Shown: positions 18,831-28,204, counted from the stretch's first letter. The stretch: 40,159 nucleotides of DNA from an uncultured Bacilli bacterium (GCA_947599755.1 CANQFO010000001.1:1-40159), one strand, 5' to 3'. The notes: generated by a model not told the origin, from the sequence alone. Translations and numbers: made by a program.

Positions 18831-20390
18831 TTAATATTGATGATAACGTCGATAAATCATAAATAAAATCAGACATCCAATAAGAATTAAGCAAATACCA
18901 ATAATAGAAAAATAAATAGATGCTCTACTAAGAGTATTAGGAATTTGTATTACTTCATCTTTCATCACAACAGATCGAATAGAACTACCATCCACCGTAA
19001 AAGGAATACATTCCTCACTTAAAGCATATCCCTTAGGAGCAATTGTCTCACATAAAGTATAATCCCCATTTGGTAAATACAAATAATGAGGCTTATCGCC
19101 AGATTCAAACTTCCATGTTTTAGTATCATCTTGACGATTAGTAATCACTAAAGTAGCACCAGGAAGCTCTTTAGAATTAGCAATATCAATTTTACTAATT
19201 TTAACAAAATTAGATAGACGAAAACTAGTATTGACAATCTCATAAGGAACATAGCCTAATAAAAGGTTAGCATATTTCTGATACTTATTCCCTCCATAAT
19301 TATTCATAAGATTATTATTGCTTCCTTCACTAGTTACAGAAGAACTAGTAACTCGATATTGGTATCCTTCTAACTTAGTAAAATGACCAAATACATTGAC
19401 AGTAATAGAAGATAAATCCATCTCACGAATATCAGAAGAAATAGGAATATAAATTCGAAAAGAACCAGTAAAATGAGTTGTATCAGTAATTTTTTCTAAA
19501 TTAGAACGAACCAAATAAGCACCATAATGATTAGGATCATTCAATTCTATTGAATAAAACATAAAATTACTTTGATTGCTAGAAACACTAGGAACAATTT
19601 CACTAGTAATAATATATTTTTTTTCTTCATCAATAGTATAAGAAGGATCAACCTGAAGAGGCATCAAGGAAGAAGCTTCTTCTCCCTGATATAAATTAGC
19701 TTGATCAACAAGAGAAAGAATATAATTAAGATAAGAATATCCTTCCTTACTAGCAGCAGAAGAAATTATCTCTCTAACAGTAGAAGAATCAATATTATTT
19801 TGATTAGAAGAATCATAAAAATCACAAGCATGAATAGAATTTCCAGTATCAATACAATAAGAAGAAAGAGTAGTTTGATGTTCATATAAGTAAAGCCACA
19901 AAGCAATTTGAGTAATATATTGTTTAATAGAATTATCAGAAATATATCCATAGTTCAAATCAGAAAAAATACTATGATAAGAATTAGTAGAATTATATCC
20001 ATGAGCTAAAATATATAAAAGACCTTGATCAGAAACAGAAGTAGGATTATCATCCAATAACTCAATTTTTTCAGTATCTTTAGAAAAAGATAAATTTTTC
20101 ATAAGACTATATAAAGGATGAGAATTATCTTCCGTTCGATAATTACTAGGAAAATCAAAATTGTGCAAATAATTTTGGTAATTAGAACTATCTCCTAAAG
20201 AATTACGAATAAAATTAGTAATAGAAGAATAGTTAGGATGAAAATCTTGTTTTGGTAATAAAGAACGATTAATTCCCGTAGAAATAGCATAACTACTTTT
20301 AAAAAAAGTAGAAACGAAGAAGAAAAAGATAAAAAGACCAATCACTAAAAATCCACTGAGTAAAACCATAAATTTCTTATTTTTTATCAT
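18831..20390 (-). CDS. Cell-wall-anchored adhesin with TQxA (thioester-domain-like) N-terminal region and SpaA/Cna-B-type domain
   Basis: ATG at 20390 follows an AGGAGA SD, so the ORF-track extension to 20741 is rejected. Signal/TM MIKNKKFMVLLSGFLVIGLF. GLLYILAHGY then ITQIALW match the TQxA(I/V)W signature. SpaA-like stretch: ELPGATLVITN...LPNGDYTLCETIAPKGYAL. C-terminus: IPNTL, TM helix, RRYHQY. Confidence 0.75.
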   Translation of the reverse strand: MIKNKKFMVLLSGFLVIGLFIFFFFVSTFFKSSYAISTGINRSLLPKQDFHPNYSSITNFIRNSLGDSSNYQNYLHNFDFPSNYRTEDNSHPLYSLMKNLSFSKDTEKIELLDDNPTSVSDQGLLYILAHGYNSTNSYHSIFSDLNYGYISDNSIKQYITQIALWLYLYEHQTTLSSYCIDTGNSIHACDFYDSSNQNNIDSSTVREIISSAASKEGYSYLNYILSLVDQANLYQGEEASSLMPLQVDPSYTIDEEKKYIITSEIVPSVSSNQSNFMFYSIELNDPNHYGAYLVRSNLEKITDTTHFTGSFRIYIPISSDIREMDLSSITVNVFGHFTKLEGYQYRVTSSSVTSEGSNNNLMNNYGGNKYQKYANLLLGYVPYEIVNTSFRLSNFVKISKIDIANSKELPGATLVITNRQDDTKTWKFESGDKPHYLYLPNGDYTLCETIAPKGYALSEECIPFTVDGSSIRSVVMKDEVIQIPNTLSRASIYFSIIGICLILIGCLILFMIYRRYHQY

Positions 20391-20452
20391 ACAGACATCT
20401 CCTATCTTCTTAAGTATACCATATCTAAAAAAAATAGACAAAGAAAAATAAC

Positions 20453-20481
20453 TTGCTAGGAAAAAAAAACAATTATATAAT
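20453..20481 (+). promoter_or_regulatory. Candidate sigma-A promoter for the U32 gene pair (TTGCTA-17 nt-TATAAT)
   Basis: TTGCTA at 20453-20458, exact 17-nt spacer, consensus TATAAT at 20476-20481, about 20 nt upstream of the GAGGTGA SD and ATG 20503. Confidence 0.45.
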
Positions 20482-20502
20482 AAGAGGAAAAAGAGGTGAA
20501 GT

Positions 20503-21366
20503 ATGAAACTAGTAATTGATCCACTAACAATAAAAGATTCCATCCTAAAAAAAGCAGATGGAATAATTCTTTCCCTAAAAGATTTTTCAGTGCAAAGTGA
20601 AAAAGTATATACAATAGAACAAATCAAAGATTTAAAAAAACAATATCCTAATATAGAAATATTTGTAAATATAAATAAGATTATATATAATAAAGATCTA
20701 AAAAAATTAGAAAAAATATTATTAGAATTAGAAAAAATCAATATTCAAGCAGTATTGTTTTATGACTTATCTATATTACAAATCAAAAAAGAAAAAAATT
20801 TAAAAATAGATTTAGTATGGAGTCAAACCCATATGGTAAATAATAAAAACACCTGTAATTTTTATCAAAAAAAAGGCGTAAAATATGCACTAATAAGTAA
20901 AGAAATTACTTTAGAAGAAATAAAAGAAATCCAAAAAGAAAGCAACATGCTCCTAATGATAGAAGTAGTAGGAAGACCAAGTATTGCCTTCTCAAAGAGA
21001 AAACTATTAACCAACTTTTATAAAAATATCCAAAAACCAAAGAAAAACAAATTAGAAATTACAGAAAAACAAACCAATCAAAAATATGAATTATCAGAAA
21101 CAGAAGAAGGAACCAGTTTGATAAGAAAAGAAATCACAAATGCAACCCAAATAATCAAAGAACTAAACAAAGAGAAAATATCATATATTATCATGAGAGA
21201 ATATGGAATAGAAAAAACAATATGGGAAGAATTAATAAATGATACAAAGATCTATCTACAAAATAATTGTCAAAATGAAGAATATATTGAAAAATATAAA
21301 ATACTAGGAAAAAATACAAACTTCTTTTTTCAAAAAACAATTTATCAGGTGAAGAAAAATGACTAA
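20503..21366 (+). CDS. Peptidase U32-family protein, YrrN-like (TrhP1-type partner of tRNA U34 hydroxylation)
   Basis: TIM-barrel-like U32 N-terminal pattern and the synteny position of yrrN. The Cys-rich U32 signature is absent at the expected site (IEVVGRPSIAFSKRK). Overlaps the next gene by 8 nt. Confidence 0.65.
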   Translation: MKLVIDPLTIKDSILKKADGIILSLKDFSVQSEKVYTIEQIKDLKKQYPNIEIFVNINKIIYNKDLKKLEKILLELEKINIQAVLFYDLSILQIKKEKNLKIDLVWSQTHMVNNKNTCNFYQKKGVKYALISKEITLEEIKEIQKESNMLLMIEVVGRPSIAFSKRKLLTNFYKNIQKPKKNKLEITEKQTNQKYELSETEEGTSLIRKEITNATQIIKELNKEKISYIIMREYGIEKTIWEELINDTKIYLQNNCQNEEYIEKYKILGKNTNFFFQKTIYQVKKND

Positions 21367-22534
21367 AATAGAATTATTAGCGCCTGCAGGAGATTTAGAG
21401 AGATTAAAAATAAATCTTTTATATGGTGCAGATGCTGTCTATATTGGAGGAGAAAAATATAGCCTAAGAGCAAATGCAACAAATTTTACTTTAGAAGAAA
21501 TAAAAGAAGGTACTACATTTGCTCATCAACGAAAAAAGAAAGTATATTTAACCCTAAATATTGTATTTCATAATGAAGATATGGAAGAAGTAGATCAATA
21601 TATTGAACAGACTGTAAAAGCAGGAATTGATGCTTTCATTGTAAGTGATCCTTTCATTATTTCACATATCAAAAAGAAATATAAAAATGTAGAAGTCCAT
21701 CTATCCACTCAAAATTCCACAACAAATACAAAAGCAGTAGAATTTTTTAAAGAAGAAGGAGTAGATAGAGTCGTTTTAGCAAGAGAACTATCTAAAGAAC
21801 AAATCAAAGAAATCATTGATCAAACAAAAATGGATATTGAAGTATTTATTCATGGAGCAATGTGTACATGCATAAGTGGAAGATGTGCATTATCAAACTA
21901 TGTAACCAATCGAGATGCTAACCGTGGTGGATGTGCACAAGTCTGTCGCTTTGCTTTTGACAGCGAGGATGGAACTTTTACCATGGCAACAAAAGATTTA
22001 AATATGGCAAGATATATAAAAGATTTAATAGAAATTGGAGTGACTTCACTAAAAATAGAAGGTAGAATGAGATCAATTTATTATCTCGCAACAGTAATTG
22101 GAAGTTATAGAGCATTAATTGATGCTTATTATAATCATACTTTAACAACAAAAAAAATAGAAAAATACGAAAAAATTTTAGCACAAGTTGCAAACAGAGA
22201 AACAACTAGCCAATATTTTTTAAAAGAAGCAGATGATATGGATCAATATTTTACAGGAAGACAAGAATTATCCAATCAAGATTATTTAGGGCAAGTAATA
22301 GGTTATAATAAAGAGAAAAAAAGAATAATAATAAAGGAAAGAAATTATTTTAAAGTAGGAGATCAAGTAGAACTATTTACACCATCAGGAAACAATTATT
22401 CATTTAAAATAGAAAAAATATATGATGAAGAAGAAAACTCTTTAGAAATTGCAAGACATCCTGATCAAGTTTTACAAATTCCGTTTGAAAAAGAAGTAGA
22501 AGAATATTCCATGATGAGAAAAAATAATCGATAA
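21359..22534 (+). CDS. Peptidase U32-family protein, YrrO/TrhP-like (prephenate-dependent tRNA ho5U synthesis family)
   Basis: Full U32 signature E-x-F-x2-G-A-x-C-x4-G-x-C-x-x-S (EVFIHGAMCTCISGRCALSNY). LLAPAGD N-terminus. Synteny with yrrO. Confidence 0.85.
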   Translation: MTKIELLAPAGDLERLKINLLYGADAVYIGGEKYSLRANATNFTLEEIKEGTTFAHQRKKKVYLTLNIVFHNEDMEEVDQYIEQTVKAGIDAFIVSDPFIISHIKKKYKNVEVHLSTQNSTTNTKAVEFFKEEGVDRVVLARELSKEQIKEIIDQTKMDIEVFIHGAMCTCISGRCALSNYVTNRDANRGGCAQVCRFAFDSEDGTFTMATKDLNMARYIKDLIEIGVTSLKIEGRMRSIYYLATVIGSYRALIDAYYNHTLTTKKIEKYEKILAQVANRETTSQYFLKEADDMDQYFTGRQELSNQDYLGQVIGYNKEKKRIIIKERNYFKVGDQVELFTPSGNNYSFKIEKIYDEEENSLEIARHPDQVLQIPFEKEVEEYSMMRKNNR

Positions 22535-22556
22535 AAAACCAAAAGGAAGTGCTGAG

Positions 22557-23696
22557 ATGAACAATTTAGAAATTGCCAAAAATAATTTTTTAAAAGCAGA
22601 AGAAATTTTAAGTCCATATGCCACAAAAAGTAGTGAAGCAATAAGACTAAGAGAAGAAAAAAATGATATAAGGCCAGCATTTTTTCATGATATAGATCGC
22701 ATGATTCATGCTTTAAGCTATACAAGATATATTGATAAAACACAAGTATATTCCTTTAAGGAAAATGATCATATCTCAAAAAGAATGGTTCATGTTCAAT
22801 TAGTAAGTAAAATTGCCAGGACAATCGGAAGAGCATTATTATTAAATATTGACTTAATCGAAGCAATTGCTCTTGGTCATGATATAGGACATACTCCATT
22901 AGGCCATGCCGGAGAAAAAATGCTAAATGAAATTTCAAGAAAAGAACAAAAAGAAAACTTTTCTCATAATATTCAAAGTGTAAGAAATTATATGTACATA
23001 GAAAACAAAGGAGAAGGGTTAAACTTATCCATTCAAGTATTAGACGGTATTATGTGTCATAATGGAGAAATTTTATCCAATGAATATAAACCAAAGAAAA
23101 AAACAAAAGAAGAATTTCTAAAAGAATATCAAGAATCCTATCAAAATAGAAAAAAGAGTCAAATAAACACTCCAATGACTTTAGAAGGATGTGTAGTAAG
23201 AATTAGTGATATGATTGCATATATCGGAAGAGATATAGAAGATGCAATTAATTTAGGTCTATTCAATCGAAAAGATTTACCAAAAGAAATTGTAAATGTT
23301 TTAGGAAACAATAACAAAGAAATAGTCAATACGATTATATTAGACATTATTGAAAATAGTCTAAATAAACCTTATATTAAAATGAGTAAAAAAGTCTACG
23401 ATGCCTTATTTGCATTAAAACAATTTAATAATCAATATATATATAGTAAAAGTATGACCAAAAAAGAAAGAGAATATTATAAAGTAGGAATGAATAAAAT
23501 ATTTAACAGATACTTAAAAGATGTTGAAGAAGAAAATCAAAATAGCATTATTTTCAAAATCTTTTTAAAAGATCAAAATAAAAAATATCAGCAAGAAACT
23601 CCTCCAAAAAGAATAGTAATAGACTTTATTGCAGGAATGACAGATGATTTATTTAGAAAAGAAATAAAAGAACTTGAAAAATTAGAAAAAAAGTGA
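22557..23696 (+). CDS. HD-domain dNTP triphosphohydrolase-like protein (dGTPase family)
   Basis: HD motif block ALGHDIGHTPLGHAGE, HNIQS and the downstream DxxxY(I)GRD (ISDMIAYIGRDIEDA), typical of dGTPase-like HD proteins. Confidence 0.8.
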   Translation: MNNLEIAKNNFLKAEEILSPYATKSSEAIRLREEKNDIRPAFFHDIDRMIHALSYTRYIDKTQVYSFKENDHISKRMVHVQLVSKIARTIGRALLLNIDLIEAIALGHDIGHTPLGHAGEKMLNEISRKEQKENFSHNIQSVRNYMYIENKGEGLNLSIQVLDGIMCHNGEILSNEYKPKKKTKEEFLKEYQESYQNRKKSQINTPMTLEGCVVRISDMIAYIGRDIEDAINLGLFNRKDLPKEIVNVLGNNNKEIVNTIILDIIENSLNKPYIKMSKKVYDALFALKQFNNQYIYSKSMTKKEREYYKVGMNKIFNRYLKDVEEENQNSIIFKIFLKDQNKKYQQETPPKRIVIDFIAGMTDDLFRKEIKELEKLEKK

Positions 23697-23743
23697 TATA
23701 ATCAACACTGCTTTCTGAAAAGAAATTAGAAATTTCTACCATC

Positions 23744-23772
23744 TTGCAAAAGTAAAAAAAATGTGATATACT
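23744..23772 (+). promoter_or_regulatory. Candidate sigma-A promoter for greA (TTGCAA-17 nt-TATACT with extended -10 TG)
   Basis: TTGCAA at 23744-23749, 17-nt spacer ending in TGa, TATACT at 23767-23772, about 65 nt upstream of the greA ATG. Confidence 0.5.
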
Positions 23773-23838
23773 ATCGCAAGTTGAGTCTAGAAGGACACAA
23801 AAAAAGAAAACAGAAAAAGATAAAATGAGGTGAATAAA

Positions 23839-24309
23839 ATGGGAAATAAAAATACAGTATATTTAACCCAAGAAGGATTAGATGAATTAAAAAAGGAGTT
23901 AGACAATTTAATCAACGTAAGAAGGCCTGAAAATATTCAAGCAATCAAAGAAGCAAGAGCCCTAGGAGACTTATCAGAAAATGCAGAATATGATGCAGCA
24001 AGAAATGAACAAGCACAAATAGAAGGCAGAATTAAACAATTAGAAAAAATGTTAGAAAATGTCTCTATTATTTCCGAAGTATCAAAAGACAAAGTAGGAA
24101 TTGGAAATACTGTATCCATAAAATATGTAGAAGATGATGAAGAAGATGAATATAAAATTGTAGGTAGCCAAGAAGCAGATCCTTTCGAAAGTAAAATATC
24201 AAATGAAAGTCCAATTGCCAAAGCCCTATTTGAACATAAAGTAGGAGATATTGTTACAGTAGAAAGTCCTAATGGATCCTACCAAGTAGAAATTATAGAA
24301 ATTAAATAA
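23839..24309 (+). CDS. greA: Transcription elongation factor GreA
   Basis: Hallmark N-terminus (LTQEGLDELKKELDNL...RPE...IKEARALGDLSENAEYDAARNEQ) and C-terminal FKBP-like domain (SPIAKALFEHKVGD). ATG 23839 follows a GAGGTGA SD; the ORF-track GTG 23830 is less likely. Confidence 0.95.
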   Translation: MGNKNTVYLTQEGLDELKKELDNLINVRRPENIQAIKEARALGDLSENAEYDAARNEQAQIEGRIKQLEKMLENVSIISEVSKDKVGIGNTVSIKYVEDDEEDEYKIVGSQEADPFESKISNESPIAKALFEHKVGDIVTVESPNGSYQVEIIEIK

Positions 24310-24330
24310 AAGATATATGTCTAAATTATA

Positions 24331-24360
24331 GGTACTGATTTTTTAAATCAGTACCTTTAC
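24331..24360 (+). terminator. Rho-independent terminator of greA
   Basis: GGTACTGATT / AATCAGTACC perfect 10-bp stem with a short T-rich loop, followed by TTT. Confidence 0.7.
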
Positions 24361-24813
24361 TTTAACAGTAAAAATGAGCAAACCTATATAGAATAAGGAC
24401 TAGCTCATTTTTCATTTGTTGTGTATCAAAGTTTATTTTCTAAAATTTTGTAAATAAATATCATGTTCAATTTTAATACGATTATAGTTCCTTAAAGAAC
24501 CAATAATATAAGAGTTAGAATATTTTTTATCTAAATATTATCTAAAAACATTTAAATAAAAAATTTTGGGAATAATAAAGAAAACATAAAAAATGAAGAA
24601 AATAAAAGAATTTATGCAAATGATCGAGTTAGAGACACTACTGATTTAAAAAATGTAATAATGTTAAATGAAAGACTAAATTTTACTTCCTTATCTTTAA
24701 ACGCAATTTACTTTTTCATTTAACATATTTTTTTTAAAAAAATAAGATTTCCCTTTTCCTTTAATCAAAAATAGAGTATACTAAAAAAGAATAAGATACA
24801 AGGAGAATTGCCT

Positions 24814-26394
24814 ATGATTATTAGAAAACCTTATGCTTTTTTAATCAAACATTTTAAAAAAATACATATTGTTTTATTACTATTATGTGCCTATATTTAT
24901 TATAAAAATATGCAAACAAGTTCTTTCCTAAAAGAATTTTTAAATTTAGGAACATATGATGCTTATTATGAACCAATTAGTAAATACATTCCCTTTTTTG
25001 CTTTAATTCTTCTATTATTAATGATTGGAATAAATATTATCCTAGTAATTTTACTAAAACATAAACAAAAACCATGGAAATTATATTTATTCCCAATAGC
25101 AGTATACTCAATAATGTTCATTACAGATATTATCATTAGAAGTTTCTTCCAAACCTTTACAGGAACATACAAAGTAGCAAGCGTAAGAGCAATGAGAGAC
25201 TTTGTTTATATACTAACAGTAGGACAATTTCCTGTATTTATGATTTTATTAATTAGAATATTAGGAGTAGATTTAAATAAATTTAATTTTAAAGCAGATG
25301 AAGAATATTTAGAATTAGAAAGCAAAGACCAAGAAGAATTAGAAATTAATATTGATTTTGATAAAGAAAGTATGAAAAGAACTTGGAAAAGACTTCTAAG
25401 AAATTCAAATTATGTCTATCAAGAACATAAAAAATTAATTAATACGTTAATCATAATTATCTTAATCATTATCCTAAAAAATACTTATACTTATATTTTT
25501 GTAACCCATAAAGCATATAAACAAGGAGAAAGCTTTAATGCAAATGGTTATACAATTACAATCCATGATGCTTATTATACAGATAAAAACTATACAGGAA
25601 AAATCATTTCTCAAAAAAGTAGTTTTATTATTTTGGACTTAAGTATCAAAAATAACTTAACAAAAAGAACCATTGATTTAAATAAATATCATATTATGAA
25701 TGGAACAAGTAACTATACAACAACATTTCAAACTTATCAAACAGAATTTCAAGATTTTGGAAAAACAGCCAAAAACGAAGAATTAAAAAAAGATCAAACC
25801 CTAAACCTCATTATAATATTTAAAGTAGATAAAAGTTTAAAGAAAAATCGTTTTGTTTTATATTATCAAGAATTACAAAATAGAAGTTCCTATTTAAGAA
25901 AAATAAAATTAAAAGTAAAAGATGTATCAAAAATTGAAAAAGAAAAGGCTAAAAAACTTGGAGAAGATTTAACTTTTACAGTAGAGAAGAAAGAAGAAAC
26001 AATTAGTTTTGATCAGGTATCCATTCTTGATCAAGTTGAATATAGCTATCGGATATGTAACACTGCAGAATGCAATACTTCACAAAAAACACAAAGTGCA
26101 ACTCCAGGTACAAAAATATTAAAAATTGCTTTTGCATCGATAGAATATGAAGGTAAAGATATGATTGACTTTTCAATGAAATATGGTAAAATTAAATACA
26201 TAGATAGTAACAATAAAGAGAAGATAATTCCAATTGAAAATCCAATTCCTAGAACATATTATGGAAAATATTTATATATAAAAGTTCCCCAAGAGATCGA
26301 GCAAGCAAAAGATATTGAGATTATCTATACAGTTAGAAATCATCAATACATATACAGTTTAAATGAGGAAGAAGAAGGAGAAGAGTATGAATAA
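24814..26394 (+). CDS. Polytopic membrane protein with extracellular beta-sandwich (DUF4352-like) domains; first gene of the Tad-like cluster
   Basis: ATG 24814 lies 7 nt after an AGGAGA SD. Several N-terminal TM helices, an acidic linker and another TM precede a pattern typical of DUF4352-like Ig folds (FIILDLSIKNN...LNLIIIFKVDK). The family call is from memory only. Confidence 0.55.
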   Translation: MIIRKPYAFLIKHFKKIHIVLLLLCAYIYYKNMQTSSFLKEFLNLGTYDAYYEPISKYIPFFALILLLLMIGINIILVILLKHKQKPWKLYLFPIAVYSIMFITDIIIRSFFQTFTGTYKVASVRAMRDFVYILTVGQFPVFMILLIRILGVDLNKFNFKADEEYLELESKDQEELEINIDFDKESMKRTWKRLLRNSNYVYQEHKKLINTLIIIILIIILKNTYTYIFVTHKAYKQGESFNANGYTITIHDAYYTDKNYTGKIISQKSSFIILDLSIKNNLTKRTIDLNKYHIMNGTSNYTTTFQTYQTEFQDFGKTAKNEELKKDQTLNLIIIFKVDKSLKKNRFVLYYQELQNRSSYLRKIKLKVKDVSKIEKEKAKKLGEDLTFTVEKKEETISFDQVSILDQVEYSYRICNTAECNTSQKTQSATPGTKILKIAFASIEYEGKDMIDFSMKYGKIKYIDSNNKEKIIPIENPIPRTYYGKYLYIKVPQEIEQAKDIEIIYTVRNHQYIYSLNEEEEGEEYE

Positions 26395-28204
26395 AAAGGT
26401 AAAAAAATATTTAAAAATATTAATAACAATAATAATTGTTGGCTTATTTATCTGGTTTATTATCTTATCACCATGGCTTAAATTTAAAAACTATGAAAAA
26501 CAGATGAAAGAAGCAGGAAAAAGATATTTTGAAATTAATCACTCTGAATTACCGACAGGAAATAGAGTAAAAACAATAACTCTACAAGATTTATATTATA
26601 AATCATATATCAAAGAAGACTTTTATATTCCTTATACAAAAAATGCTTGTTCAATAAAAGATAGTTGGGTAAAAGTAAAAAAAGAAGCAAATGGAGAGTA
26701 TGGATATTATGTATATTTAAAATGTGGAGTCATTTCTTCAAAAATTGATCATGAAGGACCAACAATTACCTTAAATGGAAAAAAAGAAATTACGCTCAAT
26801 AAAGGAGAAAATTATCAAGATGAAGGAATAAAAAGTGTGCGAGATCAAACAGATGGAGAAATGAAAATATCAGATGTAACAATAAAATCTAATGTAAATA
26901 CAAGTGAAGTAGGAATATACAAAGTAACATACACAGCTTTAGATAGTTTAAACAACAAAACACAAATAACAAGAACAATAAAAGTAGTACAACCATTAAA
27001 AAATGCCGTCAAAGAACAAACTCAACAAGCAGATTATTATGTTGGATCAAATCCTAATAATTATATATATTTCTCAGGAATGTTATTTAGAATTGTTGGA
27101 TTAGATGGAGACGATGTCAAAATTATTGCTGATGAAGATATAGCAAATGTAAATTATGAAGGAATAGAAAAATGGTTAGATGATTATTATTATAATCATT
27201 TAACTGAAAAAGCAAAAAAATTAATTGTAAAAAATAAATATTGTAATATGGATTTAACGGATACAACACTAGATACAACAGAATGCACAACTTACACAAA
27301 AGAAAGAAATTTATACATCATTTCAGCAGAAGATATCAATAAAGCTAGTGCAAACGATGGGAATTATTTAAAACCAACAACAATGTCTTGGATTGCTAAT
27401 AAAAAAGATAAAGATAATGCTTATTTAACAAGAGATCGCTTTTATGATGATGCCTATGGAAAAAACTTTATTACAGAAAATATAGAAAATAATTATGGAG
27501 TAAGACCAGTAATTACGATAAAAGGGGATACATTAATTAAAACTGGAGATGGCACAGAAGATAATCCATATACCTTAGGAGAATTTACATATGGAAAGGC
27601 AAACGATTTAATCAATACAAGATATTCTGGTGAATATATTAATTATTCTGGTATGTTATGGAGAATTATTGAAACAGAAAGCGATGGGACAACAAAAATA
27701 ATCTCTAATGAAACACTTAGTGATGATTATGATAAAATTACTGTATTATCAGATGACAATTATGACGATAATACAAAACAATATAATCCAAAAGAAAAAG
27801 GAAATGTTGGATATTATATTAATAATAATGCTGGAGAATATGTAGAAACGAAATATTTTGTCAATCATACCATTGAAGTTCCTATTTATTCCTCAAAGAT
27901 TAAATATAAGGAAGAAACAACAACAAAAAAATACAAAGTAAAATTATCTGCTCCTAATATGTATGAAATGTTTTCTGCATACACTACTCATACTACACAT
28001 ATGGGATTAAAATCCCATTGGTTAATAAACTCTGGAAAAAAAGATAATAGAATAGGAGCAATGACCGATATAGGAGTAATTGTTAATGAACCAATAGGAG
28101 AGTATGATAAGTATGGAATCAGAGTAGTTGCCTATTTAAATAAAAATATAAGCATTAGTAATGGAAAAGGAACGGAAGAAAAACCATATATCATTGCAAA
28201 ATAA
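26387..28204 (+). CDS. Membrane-anchored pilin-head-like protein with Ig-like domain and two tandem GVRPV-type repeat domains
   Basis: ATG 26387 (SD AAGGAGAAG) overlaps the upstream stop by 8 nt. After the N-terminal TM comes a head region colinear with the 642-aa prepilin. An Ig-like segment follows (HEGPTITLNG...YKVTYTALDSLNN). There are two repeats (YFSGMLFRIVG...GVRPVITIKG...EDNPYTL and NYSGMLWRIIE...GIRVVAYLNK...EEKPYII). Confidence 0.6.
   Translation: MNKKVKKYLKILITIIIVGLFIWFIILSPWLKFKNYEKQMKEAGKRYFEINHSELPTGNRVKTITLQDLYYKSYIKEDFYIPYTKNACSIKDSWVKVKKEANGEYGYYVYLKCGVISSKIDHEGPTITLNGKKEITLNKGENYQDEGIKSVRDQTDGEMKISDVTIKSNVNTSEVGIYKVTYTALDSLNNKTQITRTIKVVQPLKNAVKEQTQQADYYVGSNPNNYIYFSGMLFRIVGLDGDDVKIIADEDIANVNYEGIEKWLDDYYYNHLTEKAKKLIVKNKYCNMDLTDTTLDTTECTTYTKERNLYIISAEDINKASANDGNYLKPTTMSWIANKKDKDNAYLTRDRFYDDAYGKNFITENIENNYGVRPVITIKGDTLIKTGDGTEDNPYTLGEFTYGKANDLINTRYSGEYINYSGMLWRIIETESDGTTKIISNETLSDDYDKITVLSDDNYDDNTKQYNPKEKGNVGYYINNNAGEYVETKYFVNHTIEVPIYSSKIKYKEETTTKKYKVKLSAPNMYEMFSAYTTHTTHMGLKSHWLINSGKKDNRIGAMTDIGVIVNEPIGEYDKYGIRVVAYLNKNISISNGKGTEEKPYIIAK

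Noticed and set aside
20391-20741. N-terminal 117-codon extension of the adhesin ORF (track start 20741), overlapping the U32 gene start
   Set aside because: The extension is hydrophobic junk with no RBS and runs through the divergent promoter and the start of the 20503 gene. ATG 20390 has an AGGAGA SD and begins a proper signal peptide. The same logic was used to trim 3795->3921, 15138->15183, 38259->38289, 26363->26387, 28211->28220 and 29022->29034.
23727-23738. Perfect 12-bp palindrome TAGAAATTTCTA (plus TTTCT/AGAAA inverted repeat just upstream) between the HD gene and the greA promoter, as an operator site
   Set aside because: AT-rich palindromes of this size are common by chance here. 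It may simply be part of a weak terminator for the HD gene, and there is no second copy or regulator gene to support an operator.
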